A DNA stretch of 64,000 bases from a virus (Duplodnaviria; Heunggongvirae; Uroviricota; Caudoviricetes). Position 1 is the stretch's first letter; every line of letters begins with the position of its first letter. A program made the position numbers and the translations under genes. Below, piece after piece: positions 56,175 through 64,000 of this stretch. The stretch is taken from IMG/VR virus record IMGVR_UViG_3300010162_000009; one strand, 5' to 3'. Below the pieces are notes generated by a model, which saw nothing but the letters and a program-made list of their open reading frames with translations, had not been told where the DNA came from and ran no database searches.

Positions 56175-57569
56175 TTATTTTTTCTTGCGGTAGTTTCTGA
56201 TTGTTTTTTGAATTTTGTCTTGAGCAGCCGCTTCGTTTAATGAAGCACCACCAACCGCTTTTTTAGGTGAATACTCCCATAACCTTTTCATATTATCAAA
56301 ACTATTTTTTAGTTTTTCTGGGTTTTTATATTCAAGTATAAAAGATTGATTGTAGTTATCGCACTCCATTAAATATTCGTTACCTGCTTTGTCAACCATA
56401 ACAAACTTATTACCGGGTGTTTTATATTGTTCTGGAATTAAACTTTTAACATGATTTTCATTAAGGAAAACTGTTTTGTTAAATTTTAAACGTTTTATTT
56501 TGTTTTCATTTTTCTTTTCATCTCCGATACCAAGAGTATCATTAACTTTATCACCAACAGCGTCACCAACCTTTTGACCTGCTGCTGTTGAAGCGGTCAT
56601 AGCAGCGTTTGTTCCAGCGTCTACGGCGACTTGTTTTGCTATATCTTTACAACTTTGTGTACCTGCGGTTTTCGCAGCACTACCAGCGGCTGTCTTACCA
56701 GCAGTTCTTGCAGCAGTACCAGCCGCCGCTTTACCTGCTGCCGCCCTACCAGCTGCGCCAACTACCGCACCAATGACTTCATTAACTTCTTCATTGACTT
56801 CACCTTCCGCTTCGCCTTTATTTTTATTCCTATTCATTAATGCCGATGCACCTATACCAGCGGCATTAACCGCGATAGGTATAAGAGGAACAACTTCATT
56901 AAGTAACTGTGAATTCCCCCTAACCATTTTATTTTCATTCACCACCTTTTTGAATGTTGGTACCGCCAAAGAGTATTTTTTACCACTTTCGTCTACAAAA
57001 TTAATTCGAGTTTTATCCTCATTTAATCCTACAACTGTAAGTTTAATATTATTCTTTGATTCTACAAAGACATCACCTTTTTTCACTTTACTTTCGTCTG
57101 TTGAGAATTTAGGGGTTTTGGTTTGCTGTGTAATCCTAGTGTTTATTTGTGTAGTTCCCATAATATTTGCATATCCTTTATTATCATTTTGCATTTTATC
57201 CCAGAAACCTTTGTTTCCTTTTATAGAAATACCACCAGATGTTTCATCATCAATATCCGGTTGGTCTGGTGAAGATTTACCTTGAACAAGTGCTTTTACC
57301 CTATCTTGATATTTCTTGTCAATAGAATCATAATTTAAGTTCAATGCGTTTCTTCCATAGGGTTGGTTTTCTCCCCTGTAACCTTTGATTTCAGTAGAAT
57401 TACCTTCAGGAGTAGAATCTTTTATACGTTCTTCACCATCCTTCTTAGCATCTTTACTATCATTTTCATTTTCTGATCTAATATTAGTAAAAAGTTTTCC
57501 GTTTGTTGAATCACTTTCTGCTGCTTCATTAATCAGTTTTCCTAACTCTGCTAAATTTACCATAGCCAT
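56175..57569 (-). CDS. Gly/Ala-rich protein, 464 aa; permuted paralog of 23328-25145; candidate virion-internal protein.
   Basis: Shared segments with 23328-25145; ATAAATAG 30 bp upstream. Confidence 0.55.
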   Translation of the reverse strand: MAMVNLAELGKLINEAAESDSTNGKLFTNIRSENENDSKDAKKDGEERIKDSTPEGNSTEIKGYRGENQPYGRNALNLNYDSIDKKYQDRVKALVQGKSSPDQPDIDDETSGGISIKGNKGFWDKMQNDNKGYANIMGTTQINTRITQQTKTPKFSTDESKVKKGDVFVESKNNIKLTVVGLNEDKTRINFVDESGKKYSLAVPTFKKVVNENKMVRGNSQLLNEVVPLIPIAVNAAGIGASALMNRNKNKGEAEGEVNEEVNEVIGAVVGAAGRAAAGKAAAGTAARTAGKTAAGSAAKTAGTQSCKDIAKQVAVDAGTNAAMTASTAAGQKVGDAVGDKVNDTLGIGDEKKNENKIKRLKFNKTVFLNENHVKSLIPEQYKTPGNKFVMVDKAGNEYLMECDNYNQSFILEYKNPEKLKNSFDNMKRLWEYSPKKAVGGASLNEAAAQDKIQKTIRNYRKKK

Positions 57570-57598
57570 ACTCTTATTAATTTAATAATATTTTATAA

Positions 57599-57606
57599 AT
57601 AAATAG
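57599..57606 (-). promoter_or_regulatory. ATAAATAG motif upstream of 56175-57569.
   Basis: Exact motif. Confidence 0.45.
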
Positions 57607-57630
57607 TGGTTTTTTTCAATAATAGTTAAA

Positions 57631-57666
57631 AAACAAAAAAACACACCTGTAAAAACAAGTGTGTTA
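57631..57666 (-). terminator. Terminator for 57695-57983 (acacac/gtgtgt stem with a T-run on the minus strand).
   Basis: Hairpin plus an A-run on the plus strand. Confidence 0.5.
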
Positions 57667-57694
57667 GTTTTTCCGTTTAGTTAGAAATTACGGA

Positions 57695-57983
57695 TTAGGG
57701 ATTTTCATCATCATCCTCTTCGTCGTCTTCGATATCAACGTCGAATACAATTTCGTCGCTCAGAATTACTGGGCTGCTACAAGCAACTACTAAAACCTCT
57801 TTCGTGGTTGTACCACAACGGTTAGTCAGTTTGAACACGCATGGAAATTCTCCATATTCGGTAGGTTCTCCATACAACTCACCAGTTGCCGTATCTAATT
57901 GCACACCTGCGGGTAGCGGTCCTTCAACCAGTTCCCATAAACCGGTTGACCCTTTGTAAAGTATCTGTTTCCTTTCTTCCATC
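57695..57983 (-). CDS. Small Ig-like (BIG/He_PIG-type) domain protein with an acidic tail.
   Basis: LPAGVQLDTATGELYGEPTE motif. The track start at 58021 is a TTG that abuts the promoter motif, so the start was moved to the ATG at 57983 (MEERKQ). Confidence 0.45.
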
Positions 57984-58023
57984 TTACTTATTTTTTTTAT
58001 TACGTTATTATTTAATTCCAATA

Positions 58024-58031
58024 ATAAATAG
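58024..58031 (-). promoter_or_regulatory. ATAAATAG motif upstream of 57695-57983.
   Basis: Exact motif. Confidence 0.4.
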
Positions 58032-58084
58032 TAAAAAATTTTTCATAAATTACCTTATTACTAAAAAAATTAAAAATATTTTTT

Positions 58085-60421
58085 CTACATTTTTCTAATT
58101 GGTATTCTGAACACTAAATGAGTTCCGTATCCAAGTTCAGATTGAACAGTAATAGAACCACCCAACATTTCAACAATTTGTTTTGTGATATAAAGTCCCA
58201 TTCCTGTTCCACCATATCTAATTCTATCCTGTGCATTGATTTGATTAAACCTATCAAAGATAATCTTCAATTTATCTTCAGGGATACCAATACCAGTGTC
58301 TTCAACGGTGAACACTAACATATCAGATTCTATTTCATATCCAAATTTAACATATCCGCTTTCAGTAAATTTCACTGCATTTCCGATAACATTATTCAGA
58401 ATTTGACGTACCCTTGTAACATCTGAATCAATGATACATGGATAGATTGAATTGGAAGTATCAAACACGACTTCTAATCTCTTATCCTTGGTTTTGATAA
58501 AACTATTAAATGATAGTTCCATTTCCTGTAAAATGATATTAATATCAAATTCTGTATGATTTATTGAAAGACTATTGGATTCTATTTTAGCAACGTCTAC
58601 AATATCATTAATCAATTGTAAAAGTTGTTGTGTGCTGCTCCTGACAATCCTTGAATATTCCTTACGCGTTTCCGGATCAATATGGTTTGAATCAATGAAG
58701 TCAAGGAAACCAAGAATACCGTTCATAGGTGTACGTATCTCATGCGACATGTTAGTGAGGAATGAAGATTTCAATTGATTTGCTTCCTCAGCTTTCATTC
58801 TTGCTTTTATCAAATGATTTGTTTGTTCAGTAACCCTGTCTTCCAAACTATCCTTCAACTTGATAAGTTCATCATTCAAATTAAGTAATTTCTTGTTTGT
58901 GTTTCTAATCATGAATAGAAGGAACAATACTATTACAACTGCAATGACAACTATATAGATAATATATTTTCGATATAATAGTTCTTGCTTTTGTGCTGCT
59001 ATTTGCGCTCTCGCTTCAAATAGACTTTGTTCAAAAGTATATTGTGCCGTTACTTGTTGAATATTAAACTTCTCTGTTTCTGTTTTTATTGAATCATTAA
59101 TGGCGTATGCTTGTCTAAGATATTTTATGGCAACAGAGTATTTAGATTTTTCAAAATTAATATCTGATAATATATGTAGAATTTCAGATTTCTTCTGTTT
59201 TAATCCCCTACCTGTTATCAAATCCAAAGCGGTAGTAAAAATTCTATCAGCATCATTCAATTCACTTTTTGAAAAGTAATAATTTCCAAGATAGTAATAC
59301 GCATCAATCAAGTGTATAACAGAATTTGATGCGCGAGCATATTCAATAGCATTTTTATAATATCTTAATTTATCTCTATCGTAGTTACTTCTCAACCCAA
59401 GATTAATATAAATTGTTGATAGTGCAGATGATTTAGGATTATTTTCTTCATATACCCTTATCAATTCATTTAATATTTTAACTACATCACTGTTATTTTT
59501 ATAATATCCTGATATCGCAAGATTGTGCATTACCCTTGCATATTGTAAATTTTCACCAAGAGTTTTGTATATTTCAGCAGACTTGTTATAATATTTATAA
59601 ACACTATCAATCTCACCAAGACCCTTATAAACACTACCGATTAAATCATATATATCTGCTTCGTTGTGTCTATCACCAATCATTTTTGAATGTTCAACCG
59701 CTTTTTCAGCACTTTCAATAGCGTGTTGTGTGTCACTTATGTACGTTAGTATTATCAATGAAATTTTATATCCCGCAATAATATTTTCAGTATTACCAAT
59801 TTCTTCCCATATCAAAATTGCTCTTCTTATCGCTTCAAAAGATTCATATAAACGACCCTGATAACGATAAACAAGTGATAAATTGTAATAATTACGAGCA
59901 AGACATTCCATCTCACCAAGTTTCATACATATATTTATTGAAGCATTAAACATTTCTATCGCCTCATTGTATTCACCTTTCAAATAGTGAATCGTACCGG
60001 TTGTTCTATACAAATCAGAAATACCCCTTTCAAAATTTATAACGTATGCAAGAGTTAATCCGCGTTGAAGAACATCCATCGCCTCAGAATATCTGCGTTC
60101 TACAATTAATTTACGTGCCGAATCACCAGACGCAATTACACGCATCTCATCCTCTGTATCCGTTGGTCTCGATATATTTTCATTAGACTTATTAATAAGA
60201 GGGAAAATAGAAATACCCCTATCCTTACTGATAATATAACCAACAGTAGAACCAACCCGGTCAGTATATTTAATGGCACTATATTCGTTTTGTTCAATTT
60301 GATTATTACTTAAACTACTATAATCTAATAGAACATCTAATTCACTATTAGATTGTGATATCGCAGGTAATAGATTGAACAATACTAATATAACTACCAA
60401 AACTATGTGTTTTTTTGTCAT
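58085..60421 (-). CDS. Sensor histidine kinase with an N-terminal signal peptide, TPR-repeat sensor region, one TM segment, HisKA and HATPase_c domains; no receiver domain.
   Basis: MSHEIRTPMNGI H-box; N/G1/G2 boxes (NAVKFT, DTGIGI, GGTGMGL); TPR-like repeats in the N-terminal 460 aa; ATAAATAG 19 bp upstream. Confidence 0.85.
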   Translation of the reverse strand: MTKKHIVLVVILVLFNLLPAISQSNSELDVLLDYSSLSNNQIEQNEYSAIKYTDRVGSTVGYIISKDRGISIFPLINKSNENISRPTDTEDEMRVIASGDSARKLIVERRYSEAMDVLQRGLTLAYVINFERGISDLYRTTGTIHYLKGEYNEAIEMFNASINICMKLGEMECLARNYYNLSLVYRYQGRLYESFEAIRRAILIWEEIGNTENIIAGYKISLIILTYISDTQHAIESAEKAVEHSKMIGDRHNEADIYDLIGSVYKGLGEIDSVYKYYNKSAEIYKTLGENLQYARVMHNLAISGYYKNNSDVVKILNELIRVYEENNPKSSALSTIYINLGLRSNYDRDKLRYYKNAIEYARASNSVIHLIDAYYYLGNYYFSKSELNDADRIFTTALDLITGRGLKQKKSEILHILSDINFEKSKYSVAIKYLRQAYAINDSIKTETEKFNIQQVTAQYTFEQSLFEARAQIAAQKQELLYRKYIIYIVVIAVVIVLFLLFMIRNTNKKLLNLNDELIKLKDSLEDRVTEQTNHLIKARMKAEEANQLKSSFLTNMSHEIRTPMNGILGFLDFIDSNHIDPETRKEYSRIVRSSTQQLLQLINDIVDVAKIESNSLSINHTEFDINIILQEMELSFNSFIKTKDKRLEVVFDTSNSIYPCIIDSDVTRVRQILNNVIGNAVKFTESGYVKFGYEIESDMLVFTVEDTGIGIPEDKLKIIFDRFNQINAQDRIRYGGTGMGLYITKQIVEMLGGSITVQSELGYGTHLVFRIPIRKM

Positions 60422-60439
60422 AATGTCGTTTTTTTTAAT

Positions 60440-60447
60440 ATAAATAG
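60440..60447 (-). promoter_or_regulatory. ATAAATAG motif upstream of the histidine kinase gene.
   Basis: Exact motif. Confidence 0.45.
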
Positions 60448-60519
60448 GTCTTAATTTTTAAACAAAAAATCAATTATCTTTTCAAATAATTGATTTATAA
60501 ACATATAAATAATATAAAA

Positions 60520-60560
60520 AATCATAAAAAAATACCATCCAAATTTTTTTGAATGGTATT
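60520..60560 (-). terminator. Rho-independent terminator downstream of 60799-62040 (ataccat/atggtat stem with a T-run on the minus strand).
   Basis: Hairpin plus an A-run on the plus strand. Confidence 0.55.
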
Positions 60561-60798
60561 TTAATAAAAGTGTATTTTACTTAAACATAGTCGAAAAAAT
60601 ATGAAGTCCTTTTAATAACACATCCTTTCAGACATTCAGAGGTCTCTTTTCAAATACACTTATTAATTTACTTATGATTTTCCGCAAAAATACCCCTTGG
60701 GTGTTTTTTTGGAAATTGACGCTTCAACGGGTTCGTAACCTCTTCCCTCCACGTCCTCTTCCCCTCTCATCGAAGGTGTTTTATATTTTGAATTGACC

Positions 60799-62040
60799 TT
60801 ACTTCTTTTGAGATGCTTCTTTGGCAATGTCCATCAACATTTTCAAACCTACGGCATCCATAGCGGTATTTACATTACTACCACTTCCACCACCGCCCAA
60901 ATACATTACACCCGGAACAATAGGAACTTGAATCCCAGCAATATTTTTTGAAACAACGTCTGCTATTCTGATCTCCATTTCCATCCGTTGTTGCGGGGTT
61001 AAACCAGCCTGTACTAATAGACGGTTTGCTTCCGCTTCTGCACGTTTTTCTTGGATAATCTTATCAGCAACGAATTTAGCTTGATCTGCTTCTAATCTAG
61101 CAACGTCTCTTGCTTGTTCCGCTTTTGTTACTTCTACCGCTTTGATTGCTTCCTGTTCCCACCTTCTTGTGGCAGCAGTCGCTTTACCTTGTTCTTCCGC
61201 CTTAATAGCGTTTTGACGAGCTTCCATTGACTGCGCCAGGGCTGTTTGAATTTGCATATTTGCTTGCTGTTGAGCAGCAATTTGGTTAATTACAGTTTCG
61301 TCATAACGGATATTTGAAATAGCAAGTTGACTAATTTCAAGTCCGTAATAACTAAACGGTGATACTTCTTGTCGTGCCAAACCACCGGGTGCATTTTCGT
61401 CTCTGATAACATCAGCAACCCTAACAACTTTTTCTTGTTGAGTTAATTCGTCAAATACACGCTGTTCGGTTGTTCGGGTACGATACACACCGTTGTTTAA
61501 CTGGTCGGTTATATACAGAATAAGGTCATTCTTCTTTGCTGCGTAAGATTCAAACGCTGACATCAAAGGACCTGATGCAAATACCGCCTTGACCGTTGTT
61601 GGTCTAATTAGATCATTCATTAGTCGGTTCATTCCCGCATAATCCGTATGTATCCTTTGCAGATACTGCGTTTCCAGCGGTAACTTAACTCGCAAACTAC
61701 CTGATATGCGACCCTTACTACCGTCATTGAATACGATAGGGATATCAAGGTCTATGGGTTTTTCACCACCCTCACCTTCTTCATCGGAGAACCATAACTG
61801 GCGTGTTTTGTCATATTCGGTAATTCTACCAAACAACTGCCATTGAAACCCCGGTGACACCCAATACGCCATTTTCCCTGTGAAAGGGTATTGGTTAACT
61901 ACTATTTTCTCATTATTCACATCTTCACCCATCTTGGCGAATGCAAAAATAAAGAAAACTCCTATTAGCAACGCTAATACTACATACACTTGCTTTTTTG
62001 TAATTTCTAACATTTTAATACAATTTTTAAGGTTTAACAA
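60799..62040 (-). CDS. SPFH/band-7 family protein (HflK/HflC-like) with an N-terminal TM anchor.
   Basis: N-terminal TM segment; central band-7 region; C-terminal Ala/Gln/Glu-rich coiled coil (QQQANMQIQTALAQSMEARQ...). Confidence 0.65.
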   Translation of the reverse strand: MLNLKNCIKMLEITKKQVYVVLALLIGVFFIFAFAKMGEDVNNEKIVVNQYPFTGKMAYWVSPGFQWQLFGRITEYDKTRQLWFSDEEGEGGEKPIDLDIPIVFNDGSKGRISGSLRVKLPLETQYLQRIHTDYAGMNRLMNDLIRPTTVKAVFASGPLMSAFESYAAKKNDLILYITDQLNNGVYRTRTTEQRVFDELTQQEKVVRVADVIRDENAPGGLARQEVSPFSYYGLEISQLAISNIRYDETVINQIAAQQQANMQIQTALAQSMEARQNAIKAEEQGKATAATRRWEQEAIKAVEVTKAEQARDVARLEADQAKFVADKIIQEKRAEAEANRLLVQAGLTPQQRMEMEIRIADVVSKNIAGIQVPIVPGVMYLGGGGSGSNVNTAMDAVGLKMLMDIAKEASQKK

Positions 62041-62282
62041 ACTAAAATATAAAGGACTTTAACTCTTTCCAAACCACAAGACAAATGGTAAAAACCATTT
62101 TGCACTAACACCGAGCTTATGCCCGATTCTTATCACACCTATTAGGTGTAATATCAGTGTAATATAATACACTACGATTCCGATTGTTACTAATATTGCT
62201 AATAACTTCCACATAACTTTAAAATTTTAAGATTTGACATATTATATAATGTATACTAAATTCGTTTCCAAATTTACACTTT

Positions 62283-62450
62283 TTATTCATTACGAATAAA
62301 TTCCGTTTCTTCCCACCACCAATCAATAAGACCATGAAGATATTCTTGTGCTGTTTCTTCTATTTCTTCTTTTGTGGCATCGTCTTCTACTTCAAACCAA
62401 TCTTCTTCAGTCGTTCTTCCAAGTCTGACTGTTACTCTAACTGTTTTCAT
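62283..62450 (-). CDS. Small acidic Trp-rich protein (~55 aa, ...LIDWWWEETE...).
   Basis: Manual ORF overlapping the upstream stop by 14 nt. Confidence 0.25.
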   Translation of the reverse strand: MKTVRVTVRLGRTTEEDWFEVEDDATKEEIEETAQEYLHGLIDWWWEETEFIRNE

Positions 62451-63390
62451 TCTTTTTAATTTTTTTAATTTCTTCTATTAATGGAAACAACACTTCCATT
62501 AAAGGAATATTTTCAATATTATGTAACTCTATTGGAAAAAAACCGGATTTTAGGGGTTTATCAAGATTTACAAATCCTCCCATCCAATCATTTTGGAAAC
62601 CGGTCATTACCAACCCTGTTTTTGTTGAAAGCGGTAACACTCTTTTAGATTGTTCGTATGACCAACCCTGTGTACTAACAAGATTGGTATAATGAATTCT
62701 ACTTTGAGAAAGAGAATGTAAAAATTCAAGTTTTGCCATTTCTTCCGTATATGGTACAATCTTTCCAACATAACTTTGATGCCTTTTATGAAGGTCTTTA
62801 CAATCACAATCTTCTTCTTGAATATCTAATCCCGAAATAACATATGAAATATTATTCGTATTTGATTTTTCATGTGCAAATGAAAACGCTCGGTGTTTCA
62901 TGAAATTCATTGCTGTAATCATATCACAAACAAAGTAGACTGATATTCTTGGTTCATGATATTGTCCTGGTACACAAAGATATTGTAAATCCTCTGTCCA
63001 TTTGTTTTCAATTATCACACGATAGTTTGTTGAAATAGAATATACGTGTGGAGATACATCGTCATGGTAGTCGACAATGGTGTAAGGATTGCCCCAATAC
63101 TTATCCACATCACAATCATCTTCCTGTGTTATATCAAGATAAACTGCACCATGTTCTAACATAGAAAAATCATTTTTGTTAATCAACATATTAACAAATT
63201 TATCAGCACCACCATAGGGGTCGTAACAACACATTCTACCAACTATTTCGATTTCCTTGAATATGTTATTTAACAAAATATCGTTACCAACGTCACGAGG
63301 GTCTGGTCCATTAGTGACATCCCACGTCTTTATGTGTGGTAAAAATATCTGTTCTGTTAGAACTTTTGCACTTGGTTTTTCAACTTTCAT
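62437..63390 (-). CDS. Divergent ThyX-like (flavin-dependent thymidylate synthase fold) protein, 317 aa.
   Basis: Segments LEHGAVY, FM-KHR-AFSFAHEKS and EQSKRVLPLSTKTGLV parallel the ThyX FEH, RHR-x7-S and ARxxLP..T.T blocks. The canonical S-x-R-Y Arg is absent and RHR reads KHR. Confidence 0.45.
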   Translation of the reverse strand: MKVEKPSAKVLTEQIFLPHIKTWDVTNGPDPRDVGNDILLNNIFKEIEIVGRMCCYDPYGGADKFVNMLINKNDFSMLEHGAVYLDITQEDDCDVDKYWGNPYTIVDYHDDVSPHVYSISTNYRVIIENKWTEDLQYLCVPGQYHEPRISVYFVCDMITAMNFMKHRAFSFAHEKSNTNNISYVISGLDIQEEDCDCKDLHKRHQSYVGKIVPYTEEMAKLEFLHSLSQSRIHYTNLVSTQGWSYEQSKRVLPLSTKTGLVMTGFQNDWMGGFVNLDKPLKSGFFPIELHNIENIPLMEVLFPLIEEIKKIKKNENS

Positions 63391-63408
63391 CTTCTTATTT
63401 TTTTTGTT

Positions 63409-63951
63409 TTAATAAAATTTTAATAATTTTTTCTGATCGAGATGAAAAGAATTTTCTGAAAATATCATCCCTCTATCCTTCTTTACTTTGGTTATCACTT
63501 TTCCTATTTTTGATTCCAAGCGTTTTATACGAAAATCACATAGTTTTAATATTTGATTCAAATCAAATTCAATATCAAATTGAGATAACCATTGAATCAT
63601 GTTATTATATCTTGGGTCCGATTTAATTGATTTATCGGAAAGTCTTTTATATGCTATTCTCAATGTTTGCAACAATATACCTGCTTGCGTATCTTTTGAT
63701 TTTTCAAACAAAATATTATTATCTACTTCTATCAATGATTGATACATTCCATTTACCATAGCATCTTGTTCATGGTTTGTAGCATAAAATATGAGCGATA
63801 CAAATCGAATTAATGGATTTTTACTATTGTAACCAAGAACACCAACCTTATAATACAAATCAGTACTATGTGTTTTTTTATTTCCATTTAAATTTGGTTT
63901 AAAACCCCCACCTTTCAGGTGGGAATCATCATTATTAATATTATTATTCAT
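63409..63951 (-). CDS. Hypothetical protein, 180 aa; probably co-transcribed with the ThyX-like gene.
   Basis: ORF track; 18-bp gap to the downstream gene. Confidence 0.5.
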   Translation of the reverse strand: MNNNINNDDSHLKGGGFKPNLNGNKKTHSTDLYYKVGVLGYNSKNPLIRFVSLIFYATNHEQDAMVNGMYQSLIEVDNNILFEKSKDTQAGILLQTLRIAYKRLSDKSIKSDPRYNNMIQWLSQFDIEFDLNQILKLCDFRIKRLESKIGKVITKVKKDRGMIFSENSFHLDQKKLLKFY

Positions 63952-64000
63952 TTTTAAAAACTAAACTATTTGTATTATAAAATTTGTCTAACTTATTGAC

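Noticed and set aside
57695-58021. ORF-track start at 58021.
   Set aside because: The codon at 58021-58019 is TTG and abuts the promoter motif. The in-frame ATG at 57983 (MEERKQ) is the more plausible start.
58085-63951. Reading the 3' end of the window (histidine kinase, SPFH protein, ThyX-like) as host chromosome flanking a prophage.
   Set aside because: The kinase has the phage-specific ATAAATAG motif at the same spacing as the structural genes. Gene packing and AT content continue unchanged. No integrase, attachment-site repeat or host housekeeping gene is present.
1-64000. Genome-wide stop-codon reassignment, prompted by the TCA-anticodon tRNA.
   Set aside because: All large genes, including the 2256-aa fibre, are open under the standard code. 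At most a local or partial suppressor role remains possible.

Overview
This 64 kb window is AT-rich (about 32% GC) and densely coded. It reads as part of a large lytic tailed phage genome, a distant T4-like myovirus, probably infecting a Bacteroidota-type host. The host guess rests on the lipoprotein signal peptides, a TPR sensor kinase, the -7-like TAnnTTTG motifs and the low GC.

Recognisable T4-like structural genes are scattered rather than syntenic:
- a gp20-like portal at 3577-5523 (+)
- a gp19-like tail tube at 31596-32087 (-)
- a gp21-like prohead protease at 50021-51832 (-), interrupted next to its conserved G-E/S-x-H-P catalytic-region motif by a ~364-aa LAGLIDADG intein

Two very large fibre or spike genes share a ~290-aa N-terminal module:
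- 25623-28742 (-), 1039 aa, with 18-aa FATAAQGAKADTALQDAS repeats and a C-terminal S74 intramolecular-chaperone autoproteolysis domain
- 43235-50005 (-), 2256 aa, with about 45 tandem ~42-aa beta-propeller-like blades

Auxiliary metabolic and takeover genes:
- pyrimidine synthesis and salvage: pyrE, pyrD, thyA, DHFR, and a divergent ThyX-like protein
- DnaK, Hsp20 and translation initiation factor IF-1
- two orphan DNA methyltransferases (a DPPF type and an SPPY type)
- a GT4 glycosyltransferase
- two calcineurin-like phosphoesterases
- an SPFH/HflK-like protein
- a TPR-containing sensor histidine kinase

A cluster of six tRNAs plus one degenerate tRNA-like remnant lies at 6849-8193. One of these tRNAs has a non-canonical anticodon arm that reads most simply as TCA (UGA-decoding).

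A sharply conserved 8-9 bp motif (sense strand CTATTTAT[A/T], plus strand ATAAATAG) sits 12-57 bp upstream of at least 17 genes. Most are structural-type genes, but the set also includes the histidine kinase, so it is very likely a phage-specific (late) promoter.

Several paralogous gene families of unknown function are present (FETNSSS-H family x3, [10 protein letters not shown] family, acidic Gly/Ala-rich family, zinc-ribbon-repeat plus nuclease-like family x2). No CRISPR array, reverse transcriptase/DGR, or obvious integrase was seen.
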